This document shows positions 46,704-55,413 of a DNA stretch of 64,000 nt, in pieces. The stretch spans positions 759,569 through 823,568 of the forward strand of contig CP070705.1 of NCBI GenBank assembly GCA_020349965.1, read 5' to 3'. The stretch comes from a candidate division WOR-3 bacterium (GTDB lineage Bacteria; Hydrothermota; Tepidihabitantia; SM23-42). Numbering within the stretch: position 1 is the stretch's first letter; the number at the start of each line of letters is the position of its first letter. Under the pieces are notes generated by a model. It was given only the letters and a program-made list of their open reading frames with translations. It had not been told where the DNA came from and ran no database searches. The translations under genes were made by a program, and so were the position numbers.

Positions 46704-47123
46704 TCATGTTTTCTTCTTCTCTCGCATGATGTCATAGAGTGTCGATGAATCGAGGAATTGATCGATCGTATCTTTCATCTTCTTCCAGTAGACCCTCAAT
46801 GAACAATCTTCTGCACGCGAGCAGTGTTTCTGCGTGCCCGTTATGAGACAGCGGACCGGTGCGCTCGATTCGCCTACTGCTTCCATGATCTCGGCGATCT
46901 TGATGGCGTTGATCGGCCGATCGAGATAGTAGCCGCCGCCCGGGCCCTTCTTGCTTTTAACCAGACCGGCGTGATTGAGTTTGATGAAGATTTGCTCCAG
47001 GTACTTCGCCTTTATCCCATGTCGGGCAGCGATCTTCCTCAGAGAAACGACCTTACCGATCGGCTGGTCAGCCAGCTCCAGCATGGCCTGGACCGCGTAG
47101 GTCGTCATCGTTGTCAGCCGCAT
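46704..47123 (-). CDS. Rrf2-family transcriptional regulator (IscR-like)
   Basis: 139 aa. The N-terminal wHTH reads 'TYAVQAMLELA…SLRKIAARHGI', and a Cys cluster is present (CLITGTQKHCSRAEDC). Confidence 0.85.
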   Translation of the reverse strand: MRLTTMTTYAVQAMLELADQPIGKVVSLRKIAARHGIKAKYLEQIFIKLNHAGLVKSKKGPGGGYYLDRPINAIKIAEIMEAVGESSAPVRCLITGTQKHCSRAEDCSLRVYWKKMKDTIDQFLDSSTLYDIMREKKKT

Positions 47124-47198
47124 GCAATATTCTATAAAAAAAGTAGGGTATTGTCAAGGTCACACTTAAATTGACTTTCGGGCATCCTTATCTATAAT

Positions 47199-47795
47199 GT
47201 GAGTAACCTTATGCAGGATGATACGTCTATATTGATAAAGAGAGACATTGGCAGTGAGGAGTTAGCCAATCTCATCGAGGAGGGCAAACATGGTGATGAC
47301 AACGCGCTGGGAAAACTCTGCGCTTATATCTATTCGCATGTCTATGCTTTCTTATTTTACCGTGTTTCGAATCCTGAGGATGCTGAAGATCTGACGAGCG
47401 AGGTGGTGTTGAAGATCACGAAGGCGCTCAAGAAGCAGCGCGGGAATTTTCACGCCTGGATGTACCGTATTGCAAGAAACCGGCTCGTGGACTATTATCG
47501 GCAGCGTGCGGTGCGCCAGGAGGTTAGTCTTACTGATATACCGGAGAAGGAAATCGTTGGAGCCGGTGATTTGAGCAAGCAGATATTGACGAAGGAAAAA
47601 TTAAGAAAAGGATTGGGAAAATTGACCGAGGAGCAAAAACAGGTGATAGTACTGAAATTCATTCAGGGTTACAATAACCAGGAGGTTGCGGATATCGTCG
47701 GTAAATCAGTGGGTGCGGTGAAAGTACTGCAATTCAGGGCTTTGAGGGCCATGCGTGAATATTTTTCTAGGCGGGATCATGAACCAGAAAATTGA
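47199..47795 (+). CDS. ECF-type sigma-70 factor
   Basis: 198 aa. Region 2 reads 'HAWMYRIARNRLVDYYR' and region 4 reads 'QEVADIVGKSVGAVKVLQFRALRAM'. Confidence 0.8.
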   Translation: MSNLMQDDTSILIKRDIGSEELANLIEEGKHGDDNALGKLCAYIYSHVYAFLFYRVSNPEDAEDLTSEVVLKITKALKKQRGNFHAWMYRIARNRLVDYYRQRAVRQEVSLTDIPEKEIVGAGDLSKQILTKEKLRKGLGKLTEEQKQVIVLKFIQGYNNQEVADIVGKSVGAVKVLQFRALRAMREYFSRRDHEPEN

Positions 47796-48552
47796 GGACA
47801 TTCTCGACCTTTTGTTGGCAGAGGTTGCGGGCGGCAGGTCGGTGGAAGATTGTCTTAATGATTATCCCGACCAGGCAGAGGCATTGCTGCCATTATTGCA
47901 GCTCGCCGAAGAAATAAGAGAGTTACCGAAACCAGAACCAACCAGTGGCGCCGTACGGGCGGTCTTAAGAAAGGTGCAGGCAGCTCGTGCCGAGAGGCAG
48001 CGGTTCTCCTTGCGAGGGCTGTTCAAGGTAGGCGTCGTTCCAGTAAGAGTCCTGACTGTACTCTTCTTTCTATTTCTGTTCGAAATAACGACGGTTTCTT
48101 TGAGTGCCAAGACTCTACCGGGCCATATGTTGTATCCGTTGAAGAGGTTCGCCGAAGACGTCCAGCACTTCCTGACCGTCGATTCCGAGGTCAGAGCGAC
48201 TATCCACATCGTTCTCGCCGACCGTCGAACATATGAATTTGCCTGTCTACCCAAAATCGACGCCAAGGTAAATGAGTTCTTGCTCGCGGAGATGCTCCAA
48301 GAGATTGAATATGCGCTCAAGCACGTCGGCGGTCTTAGCAGCGAGAGTGCGGTGAGGGTTATCAACCAGATCTATGACTGCCATCAATTCCAGCTGCAAG
48401 TCCTGGAAGAAACGAAAGGCACTGCTTGTGATTGCAATATCGGCCTGATCGAGGAGGCGATAAAGTGCTGTCTGGAGCAGCGTGAGTGTATCGAGTGCAT
48501 CAAAGAACACCTCATTTCAGATCATAGCGGACGTGGTGATCCGGGTACATGA
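47779..48552 (+). CDS. Putative anti-sigma factor (single transmembrane helix, Cys-rich C-terminus)
   Basis: The ORF spans 47755..48552, and I prefer the ATG at 47779 (MNQKIEDILDLL). It overlaps the sigma gene's 3' end. It has one hydrophobic helix (VLTVLFFLFLFEITTV) and C-terminal Cys pairs (CDCN…CC…CIEC). Confidence 0.5.
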   Translation: MNQKIEDILDLLLAEVAGGRSVEDCLNDYPDQAEALLPLLQLAEEIRELPKPEPTSGAVRAVLRKVQAARAERQRFSLRGLFKVGVVPVRVLTVLFFLFLFEITTVSLSAKTLPGHMLYPLKRFAEDVQHFLTVDSEVRATIHIVLADRRTYEFACLPKIDAKVNEFLLAEMLQEIEYALKHVGGLSSESAVRVINQIYDCHQFQLQVLEETKGTACDCNIGLIEEAIKCCLEQRECIECIKEHLISDHSGRGDPGT

Positions 48553-48663
48553 TCTGACAATACACAGAGTATTCTAGACGGGTGCAATTGTTTTGCCAGG
48601 GGTCGGTCTTAACTCCTGCGTAACTTTTCCATTACATAGACGTCAGTACTTATATAATAAAAG

Positions 48664-48689
48664 GGAACTGAAGCATAGGAGTTGTCTTA
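48664..48689 (+). promoter_or_regulatory. ECF(σE)-type promoter candidate upstream of tolC-cusBA
   Basis: GGAACT (48664-69), a 15-nt spacer, and TCTTA (48685-89). This resembles the GGAACTT-N16-TCTGA σE-class consensus. It lies in a 280-nt leader directly downstream of the ECF sigma/anti-sigma pair. Confidence 0.4.
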
Positions 48690-48836
48690 GTGGTTCCTCC
48701 CAACCGGTGCTTACCATTACAGAGAAATTTAATCTGCTTTGTCGGTAAGCGCCGGTTTTCTTTTCCAGCCGCTATTCAAGCCGACTCGATTTCTCTGTGC
48801 CGTAACCTCCACTGGATATTTCCGTCTGTTATAGTG

Positions 48837-50036
48837 ATGCGAAAAACGGCATTTCTATTTGTCTTTTTGATTTCGCTGTTGGCATTTGCCCATGCGAACA
48901 CCGATACGCTGATAGACCTGGATGGATTACTCGCTGAAGCAATAGCGAACAATCCCGAGCTCAGCGCGCTCATGGCAGAATACAGGGCAGCAGGCATGAG
49001 AATATCGGTATTGCGGTATTTGCCGGATCCAATGGTTTCCATAGAATGGGAAGGTGAAAATAGGATGTACGGTATTAGCCAGAAACTTCCGTTTCCAACG
49101 AAGATTGCTGCTCAATCAAAGGTTGAAGCGCTGACAGCGGAGCAGGACTATTTGAAATATGCGTATAGAGTTAACTCCGTGATCCTTGACGTCAAAACCG
49201 CATATGCCCAACTCTATTTTTCGCATGGGAAGGCAGGGGCAGCCGAGAAGGCAGTATCATTTCTCAAACAAGTATACAATGTCACTTTGAATAGATATGC
49301 GCTCGGTGAGGCATCGCAGTCCGAAGTATTACGTGCCCAGATCGAATTGTCGAAGGCAGAGAACGACCGGGCAGCGGCAGAGGACGACATTTCGATATCG
49401 GAGGCGGTGCTCAACGTGCTGCTCCACCGGCACGTCGACGAACCATTGGGCATTCCTCGAGAACCAATGTCGCAAATCGGTGAACGGAATCTGGAGGAGC
49501 TGTATGCTCATGCCAACGAACATGAACCCATGCTGAGGGCATATGGTGTAGCATTAAAGAAAGCAGCGGTGATGAAGTCATTGGCGTACCAGGCATATCT
49601 TCCAGACTTCATGTTGGGATTCAACCAGATGGATGGGGTCATGAACGACCGTAAGTACATGCTGGGGTTCACAATCCCATTGTGGTTCATAGGCAAGCAG
49701 AGGAATCTCGTAAGAGAGGCGGAATTCGGCCGTGAAATGGCTTTAGCCGATTATGAAGCGATGAAGAACAACGTCATGCTGTCCGTAAAAAGAGCGAAGT
49801 TGCAGGTCGACAAGAAGAAACGTTTGGTCGCCTTGTATAAGAACTCGTTGCTGCCCCAGACCGAAGCGGCACTGAAGTCAGCCTTAGCTGCATATGGAGT
49901 CGGCGGGGTCGAATTCGAACATTTGCTCGAAACGGCAACGTTGCTGGTACGGATAGAACTGGAGTATCATCAGGCCAATGCCGACTTTTTCACGGCAGCG
50001 GCAGAGTTGGAAAGAGTAATAGGAATAGTCGACTAA
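48837..50036 (+). CDS. TolC-family outer-membrane efflux protein
   Basis: The ORF spans 48690..50036. I prefer the start at the signal peptide 'MRKTAFLFVFLISLLAFA' (48837). The protein has two repeat halves typical of outer-membrane factors. Confidence 0.75.
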   Translation: MRKTAFLFVFLISLLAFAHANTDTLIDLDGLLAEAIANNPELSALMAEYRAAGMRISVLRYLPDPMVSIEWEGENRMYGISQKLPFPTKIAAQSKVEALTAEQDYLKYAYRVNSVILDVKTAYAQLYFSHGKAGAAEKAVSFLKQVYNVTLNRYALGEASQSEVLRAQIELSKAENDRAAAEDDISISEAVLNVLLHRHVDEPLGIPREPMSQIGERNLEELYAHANEHEPMLRAYGVALKKAAVMKSLAYQAYLPDFMLGFNQMDGVMNDRKYMLGFTIPLWFIGKQRNLVREAEFGREMALADYEAMKNNVMLSVKRAKLQVDKKKRLVALYKNSLLPQTEAALKSALAAYGVGGVEFEHLLETATLLVRIELEYHQANADFFTAAAELERVIGIVD

Positions 50037-50052
50037 AATTTAAGGAGATATT

Positions 50053-51375
50053 ATGTTTAGCAAAAAAACAATGATTGCAGGCGCGGTTTTTTTTACGGTG
50101 CTGTTGCTGCTCTTAATTTCGTGCGGTGGCCGAGCCGAGAAGGCGGTCGTCGATACGGGGATGATCGGCAGGCAAGCAATGTGTCCGGTCACTGGAGACA
50201 CATTCACGATTCACGCATCGACACCGGTTGTCGTATACAAAGGTGAGGAATACTACATGTGCTGTCCTGGTTGTGACCTTGAATTCATGAAAGACCCCGA
50301 TAAATATCTGAACGACAAGAAAGGAGACGATGGAAGAGGACAGAAAGCAGAGCCCTCGAATGAGGAGATCGCATACTGGACATGTTCGATGCACCCTGAA
50401 GTGAGGTCGGAGACCGAAGGCAGCTGTCCAATTTGCGGCATGACTCTTATCCCGGCATATGAGCGATCAGAATCGAGCGATATACTCCCTTTAAAGAATA
50501 GTGCGGCAGCTCTCGCGGGTATCAGAACATATCCGGTTAGGAAGGAAAGGTTGCACAGGGAAATAAGATTGGCGGGCAGAGTGGCATTTGATCCGGAACT
50601 GGTTACAGCGCAGGAAGAGTACATCAATGCGATTAAGATGAGAGATGATATCGAAAGCATTGACGAAATTTCTCTAAAGAGAGCGGAGCAGCTTATTGCC
50701 AATGCAGAATACAGGCTGAGATTAATGGGCATGGATGAGGCGGAGATTAGAATCCTGGCGCGTTCAAGAAAGGTTCAGTCATCGCTTGTCATGCCACAGA
50801 ATGAATCTTGGGTATATGCGGATGCTTACGAATCCGATATTGGATGGATTGAAAGAGGACAGTCGGTGATAGTGAAATCAGCTGCACAACCCGATAAGCG
50901 ATTCGCTGGCAAAGTGATGGCGGTCAGCCCGACTTTTTCGCAAGGGTCGCGTTCGAATCTGATCAGGATCAAATTGTCGAACCCTGAAGCGAAATTGAAA
51001 CCGGGGATGTACGTGGAGACAACGATCATTTCACCCATTCATGTGGGAGGACCGCGGAGTCCAGAATCTCGAGTACTGGCCATTCCTGTGGAAGCTCTCC
51101 TTGACACCGGCAGTCGAAAGGTCGTGTGGGTTTATATCGAGGGCAGAGGTTATCAGCCTCGTACGGTGAAGATTGGACCCGTAGGGTATTTGCATGGTGG
51201 TAGCACAGAAGAGCGCTACTACCCAGTGCTGGAAGGCTTGAATGAAGATGAATTGGTCGTGACTAATGGTAATTTCCTCCTCGATTCCGAAAGCAGGATA
51301 ACGGGTGTCGCGGCAATTGGATATGGTGGCGCACTAGGTGTTGATGACCAGACATTACCTGCCCATCAACATTAA
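50053..51375 (+). CDS. Heavy-metal efflux RND periplasmic adaptor (CusB/CzcB family) with N-terminal YHS-like and HMBD metal-binding domains
   Basis: 440 aa with a lipoprotein-like signal (LLISCGG). A YHS-like region reads 'MCPVTGDTF…YYMCCPGC'. The CusB N-terminal metal-binding motif 'WTCSMHPEV…CPICGM' is present. A membrane-fusion-protein β-barrel and lipoyl core follows. Confidence 0.8.
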   Translation: MFSKKTMIAGAVFFTVLLLLLISCGGRAEKAVVDTGMIGRQAMCPVTGDTFTIHASTPVVVYKGEEYYMCCPGCDLEFMKDPDKYLNDKKGDDGRGQKAEPSNEEIAYWTCSMHPEVRSETEGSCPICGMTLIPAYERSESSDILPLKNSAAALAGIRTYPVRKERLHREIRLAGRVAFDPELVTAQEEYINAIKMRDDIESIDEISLKRAEQLIANAEYRLRLMGMDEAEIRILARSRKVQSSLVMPQNESWVYADAYESDIGWIERGQSVIVKSAAQPDKRFAGKVMAVSPTFSQGSRSNLIRIKLSNPEAKLKPGMYVETTIISPIHVGGPRSPESRVLAIPVEALLDTGSRKVVWVYIEGRGYQPRTVKIGPVGYLHGGSTEERYYPVLEGLNEDELVVTNGNFLLDSESRITGVAAIGYGGALGVDDQTLPAHQH

Positions 51376-51438
51376 GGATCATTAAAGTCCTCATAGAGAT
51401 ATCAATGGCACTGCGTAGTTGAAAGGGTTCGTAGAAGA

Positions 51439-54400
51439 ATGGTCGAAAAATTAATAGAGATATGTTTAAAGAATAGATTCCTGGTAATGGGTGCGTTCAT
51501 ACTGATCGTGCTTTGGGGTGTCTTCGCCCTCAGGAACACGCCGATCGATGCCATCCCGGATATCGGAGATATGCAGGTGATCGTTTATGTAGACTGGGAG
51601 GGGCGGAGTCCTAAGGACGTAGAAGATCAGATCGTCTATCCCTTGACGACACGGCTCACGGGGACCCCAGGCGTCAAAACGATCAGATCGACATCCGAGT
51701 TCGGCTTCGGCATGGTGAGCATAATTTTCGAAGAAGGTGTGGAATACTACTGGGCACGGACCAGAGTCCTGGAAAGGTTGAGCTTCGCAACAGGTGGCAT
51801 GCCGGTCGATGCCAGAGTGGTATTGGGTCCGGATGTCACAGCAGTCGGACAGATCTTCTGGTATACGGTTGAGAACGGATATTATTGTCCGGATCACCCT
51901 CAGGAATCTTTCGCAGGGGACGGTGTATGCCCAGAGGACGGTAAGAAACTCATGCCATCGAACTACGATCTCAGTGAATTACGGGGTATCCAGGATTGGT
52001 ATGTTCGCTTTCAACTCAATTCGGTAAGTGGAGTATCCGAAGTTGCATCGGTTGGCGGATACGTCAAACAGTATCAGATCGATGTGGATCCCTACAAACT
52101 CGTTCACTATCACGTCATGATTACTGATGTCATCAATGCGGTCAAAAGTTCAAATATCGACATTGGGGCGAAGGTGTTCACGGAGGGCAGTGTTGAGTTC
52201 ATCGTTCGTGGTCTCGGATTCATAAAGAATACCCGTGATATCGAAAACATCGCGGTCGGTGTGCACGAAAGTGTACCGGTATACATAAGGGATGTAGGAA
52301 GGGTGACCGTCGGCCCTGATTTCAGGCGTGGTGCGCTTGACAAGGAAGGCCGGGAAGTCACCGGCGGCGTAGTCGTCATGCGTTACGGTGAAAATCCGCT
52401 GCGCGTCATTGAAGGCATCAAGGAGCGGATTGAGGAATTGGAGGTCGGACTGCCGCCTGGTGTTCGGGTAGTGCCGTTCTATGATCGCACGGGGCTGATT
52501 GACCGCACGGTGAATACACTCAGAGACGCTCTGACACAGGAGATATTGATCACTGCCTTCGTCATCATCGTCTTTCTCCTTCACTTTTTTGGCAGTCTCG
52601 TGATCTCGATCGTCCTGCCGGTCGGTGTTCTCATTTCATTCATTTTCATGCGCATTTTCGGCATCGATGCCAACATCATGTCGCTCGGCGGTATAGCCAT
52701 AGCGATCGGCGTCATGGTCGATTCAGGTTCGGTTCTCGTTGAGAACATATACCGTAGGGTCGCCGAACGGCAGAGGCACGGGGAGCTGACCGCGGTTCAA
52801 AGATTAGAGACGACGATCGAAGCCGCCAAGGAGGTCGGTAGGCCGGTATTCTTTGCGCTCTTGACCACTATCATTGGGTTCATCCCGGTCTTTGTGCTGA
52901 CAGGGCAAGCCGGAAAGCTGTTTCGTCCGCTTGCTTTCACAAAAACGTTCGCCATGGCCGGCGCGGCATTTATCGCCGTGTGCCTTTTACCGACCCTTGC
53001 GTTCTACCTTGTGCGAGGCCGCTTGAGATTACCCGATGAGAACATCATGTCGCGCTTGCTGAGGAGAATATACCGCCCTACTCTCGATTGGTCGCTGAAC
53101 CACAAAAAGATAGTCGTTGCCATCTTCGGACTCGTTCTTGTTATTGGCCTCTTCACGACGTTACTCATTAAGCAGGAATTCATGCCGCCGCTGAACGAAG
53201 GCGATTTGCTATTCATGCCGGTACTGCTGCCCGGTGCCTCTCTGACTCAGGTCATGGAGGTGATGCAGAAACAGGACATGATCATCAAGAACGAATTTCC
53301 TGATGAGGTAGAGTGGGTCGTTGGTAAACTCGGTCATGCTGAAACTTCGACGGATCCAGCGCCGGTGACCATGATCGAGACGATCATTCATTTGAAACCG
53401 CAGAAATCATGGCGCAAGGGTATGACCCGCGAAAAGTTGATCGAAGAGATTCAGATTAAGACAAAGATTCCAGGTGTCAGTCCTATCATGACACAGCCGA
53501 TACGCAACAGAATTGATATGTTGGCGACAGGTATCCAGACGCCGGTGGGCATAAAAGTCTTTGGCCCTGATCTTGGCCAGATAGAAAGAATCGCAGAGGA
53601 ACTTGAAAGAATCGTCACGAATGTGGAGGGGGCGGCGAATGTGTTTGCCGAGCGCATTGGCAATCGTCCCTATTATGAACTCGAGATAGACCGTAACAGG
53701 ATCGCTCGCTATGGTGTTAATCTGGGAATGGTCCAAGAGGTGATTGCGATGGCGATCGGCGGGATGAACGTGACACAGACTGTCGAGGGGCGTGAGCGAT
53801 ACCCGATACGGGTGAGGTATATGCGAGAACTGCGTGACAATCCAGAGGCGATGAATCGGATCTTTATCAGCGCAGCCGATGGACAACAGATCCCGCTGGG
53901 GATTCTCGTTAATGCTTCGAGGAAGCTTGGTCCCGCCATGCTGCAGTCTGAAAATACCATGCCGTATGTAAGAGTCTTCATCAACGTTCGGCAGGATATC
54001 ATCGGTCTCGTTGATTTTGTGAGACTAGCCCAGAGAACCGTAGAAGAGAAGATAGAGAGCGGTGAATTGACGATTCCTCCGGGATACTACCTTCGCTGGA
54101 GCGGACAATTCGAATCTGAGGTCGAGGCCAGAAACAGATTGGCCGTTGTGCTACCGATCTGTTTGGCAGTCATCATGCTGTTGTTGTATGTTGCTTTCAA
54201 AGATCTACCTTCGGTTCTCGTCGTAGCATTGAGTTTGCCGTTCTCACTCGTAGGAGGGATAATACCTCTGTATCTGTTCGGTTTCAAATTTTCAACTGCG
54301 GTCTGGGTGGGATTCATCGCCCTGTTCGGTGTGGCCACCGATAATGCGGTCGTGCTCTTGACCGTCTTCAAGAACATCTTCGGAGAGAAGAAACCCTCGG

Positions 54401-54660
54401 ATGTTCCTGAAGTACGCGAGAATGTCATCAGGGGAGGATTGCTGCGTGTGAGGCCGATAATGATGACCGTCCTCACAACGGTCTTGGCACTCGTGCCGAT
54501 CATGTTCTTCACTTCGGCGGGTTCCGAGGTGATTAAACCCATGGCGTCGCCGATCATTGGCGGCTTGCTGAGCGCCACCTTTGCCAATCTGATTCTTATA
54601 CCGATCGTCTATGCGTGGATCAAGGAGCGGCAACTGACAAGGCAGAAGATTCAACATTGA
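51439..54660 (+). CDS. Heavy-metal efflux RND transporter (CusA/CzcA family)
   Basis: 1073 aa with 12 predicted transmembrane helices and two large periplasmic loops. The N-terminus 'MVEKLIEICLKNRFLVM' and the overall HME-RND pattern match CusA/CzcA. Confidence 0.9.
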   Translation: MVEKLIEICLKNRFLVMGAFILIVLWGVFALRNTPIDAIPDIGDMQVIVYVDWEGRSPKDVEDQIVYPLTTRLTGTPGVKTIRSTSEFGFGMVSIIFEEGVEYYWARTRVLERLSFATGGMPVDARVVLGPDVTAVGQIFWYTVENGYYCPDHPQESFAGDGVCPEDGKKLMPSNYDLSELRGIQDWYVRFQLNSVSGVSEVASVGGYVKQYQIDVDPYKLVHYHVMITDVINAVKSSNIDIGAKVFTEGSVEFIVRGLGFIKNTRDIENIAVGVHESVPVYIRDVGRVTVGPDFRRGALDKEGREVTGGVVVMRYGENPLRVIEGIKERIEELEVGLPPGVRVVPFYDRTGLIDRTVNTLRDALTQEILITAFVIIVFLLHFFGSLVISIVLPVGVLISFIFMRIFGIDANIMSLGGIAIAIGVMVDSGSVLVENIYRRVAERQRHGELTAVQRLETTIEAAKEVGRPVFFALLTTIIGFIPVFVLTGQAGKLFRPLAFTKTFAMAGAAFIAVCLLPTLAFYLVRGRLRLPDENIMSRLLRRIYRPTLDWSLNHKKIVVAIFGLVLVIGLFTTLLIKQEFMPPLNEGDLLFMPVLLPGASLTQVMEVMQKQDMIIKNEFPDEVEWVVGKLGHAETSTDPAPVTMIETIIHLKPQKSWRKGMTREKLIEEIQIKTKIPGVSPIMTQPIRNRIDMLATGIQTPVGIKVFGPDLGQIERIAEELERIVTNVEGAANVFAERIGNRPYYELEIDRNRIARYGVNLGMVQEVIAMAIGGMNVTQTVEGRERYPIRVRYMRELRDNPEAMNRIFISAADGQQIPLGILVNASRKLGPAMLQSENTMPYVRVFINVRQDIIGLVDFVRLAQRTVEEKIESGELTIPPGYYLRWSGQFESEVEARNRLAVVLPICLAVIMLLLYVAFKDLPSVLVVALSLPFSLVGGIIPLYLFGFKFSTAVWVGFIALFGVATDNAVVLLTVFKNIFGEKKPSDVPEVRENVIRGGLLRVRPIMMTVLTTVLALVPIMFFTSAGSEVIKPMASPIIGGLLSATFANLILIPIVYAWIKERQLTRQKIQH

Positions 54661-54717
54661 CCGGCAGCAAGGTTGACGGCCGATGGTCCAGTAATTATAA
54701 TCAGCTAGGAGGAAGTC

Positions 54718-55101
54718 ATGGATTATGGGTTCGTAAAGAAGACCGAGTTGGAATTCGACAGTGCGTTGAAAAAAATAGAGGAAGAATTGCAGAAAGAAGG
54801 ATTCAAGATTCTTACAAAGATCGACGTCCAGGGAAAATTCAGGGAGAAGTTGAACATCGATTTTCCGAAATATATGATACTCGGAGCATGCAATCCGGAG
54901 TTGGCGCACAATGCCATCTCTGCCGAGTGGGATATTGGTCTATTGTTACCGTGCAATGTGATCGTTTATGAAAAAAGCAGAGAGGTGTGGGTCGGTGTAA
55001 TGCGGCCGACCGCAGCAATGGCAGTAGTGCAAAATGATTCACTTCGAGGGTTGGCGGCAGAAGTTGAGGCAAAATTGAAGAAGGTTTTTGACGGTATATA
55101 A
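54718..55101 (+). CDS. DUF302-domain protein
   Basis: 127 aa. The ~125-aa α/β pattern '…FKILTKIDVQ…YMILGACNP' is typical of DUF302, which is often found in metal-resistance loci. Confidence 0.65.
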   Translation: MDYGFVKKTELEFDSALKKIEEELQKEGFKILTKIDVQGKFREKLNIDFPKYMILGACNPELAHNAISAEWDIGLLLPCNVIVYEKSREVWVGVMRPTAAMAVVQNDSLRGLAAEVEAKLKKVFDGI

Positions 55102-55110
55102 GGGGGCACT

Positions 55111-55413
55111 ATGAGGTTATTGGTAATACTGGTGTCGTTGGTCTTGCTACAGCCGGCGTGTTATTATCCGAGAGGGTGGCACATGATGGAAGGTTGGGAT
55201 CATATGCCATGGTGGAGTTACGGAGGTGTTTTTATGTGGTTGATATTCTTGGCATTAGTTGCCTTTGTAATCTATTTCATTGTCCGTGGTGAAAAATGGA
55301 TGAAGCGTGGCAACGGTGAAGAAAGTGCCCTCGATATTCTTAAGAAACGTTACGCCAAGGGAGAGATTACGAAAGAAGAATACGATAGGATCAAGAAGGA
55401 ACTCATACCCTAA
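55111..55413 (+). CDS. Small membrane protein with a C-terminal SHOCT domain
   Basis: 100 aa with two hydrophobic segments and the SHOCT motif 'ALDILKKRYAKGEITKEEYDRIKKEL'. Confidence 0.65.
   Translation: MRLLVILVSLVLLQPACYYPRGWHMMEGWDHMPWWSYGGVFMWLIFLALVAFVIYFIVRGEKWMKRGNGEESALDILKKRYAKGEITKEEYDRIKKELIP

Noticed and set aside
48690-48836. Upstream extension of the TolC-like ORF (start at 48690)
   Set aside because: The first 49 residues are not signal-peptide-like, whereas the ATG at 48837 opens a textbook signal peptide. The upstream part overlaps the predicted promoter and leader.
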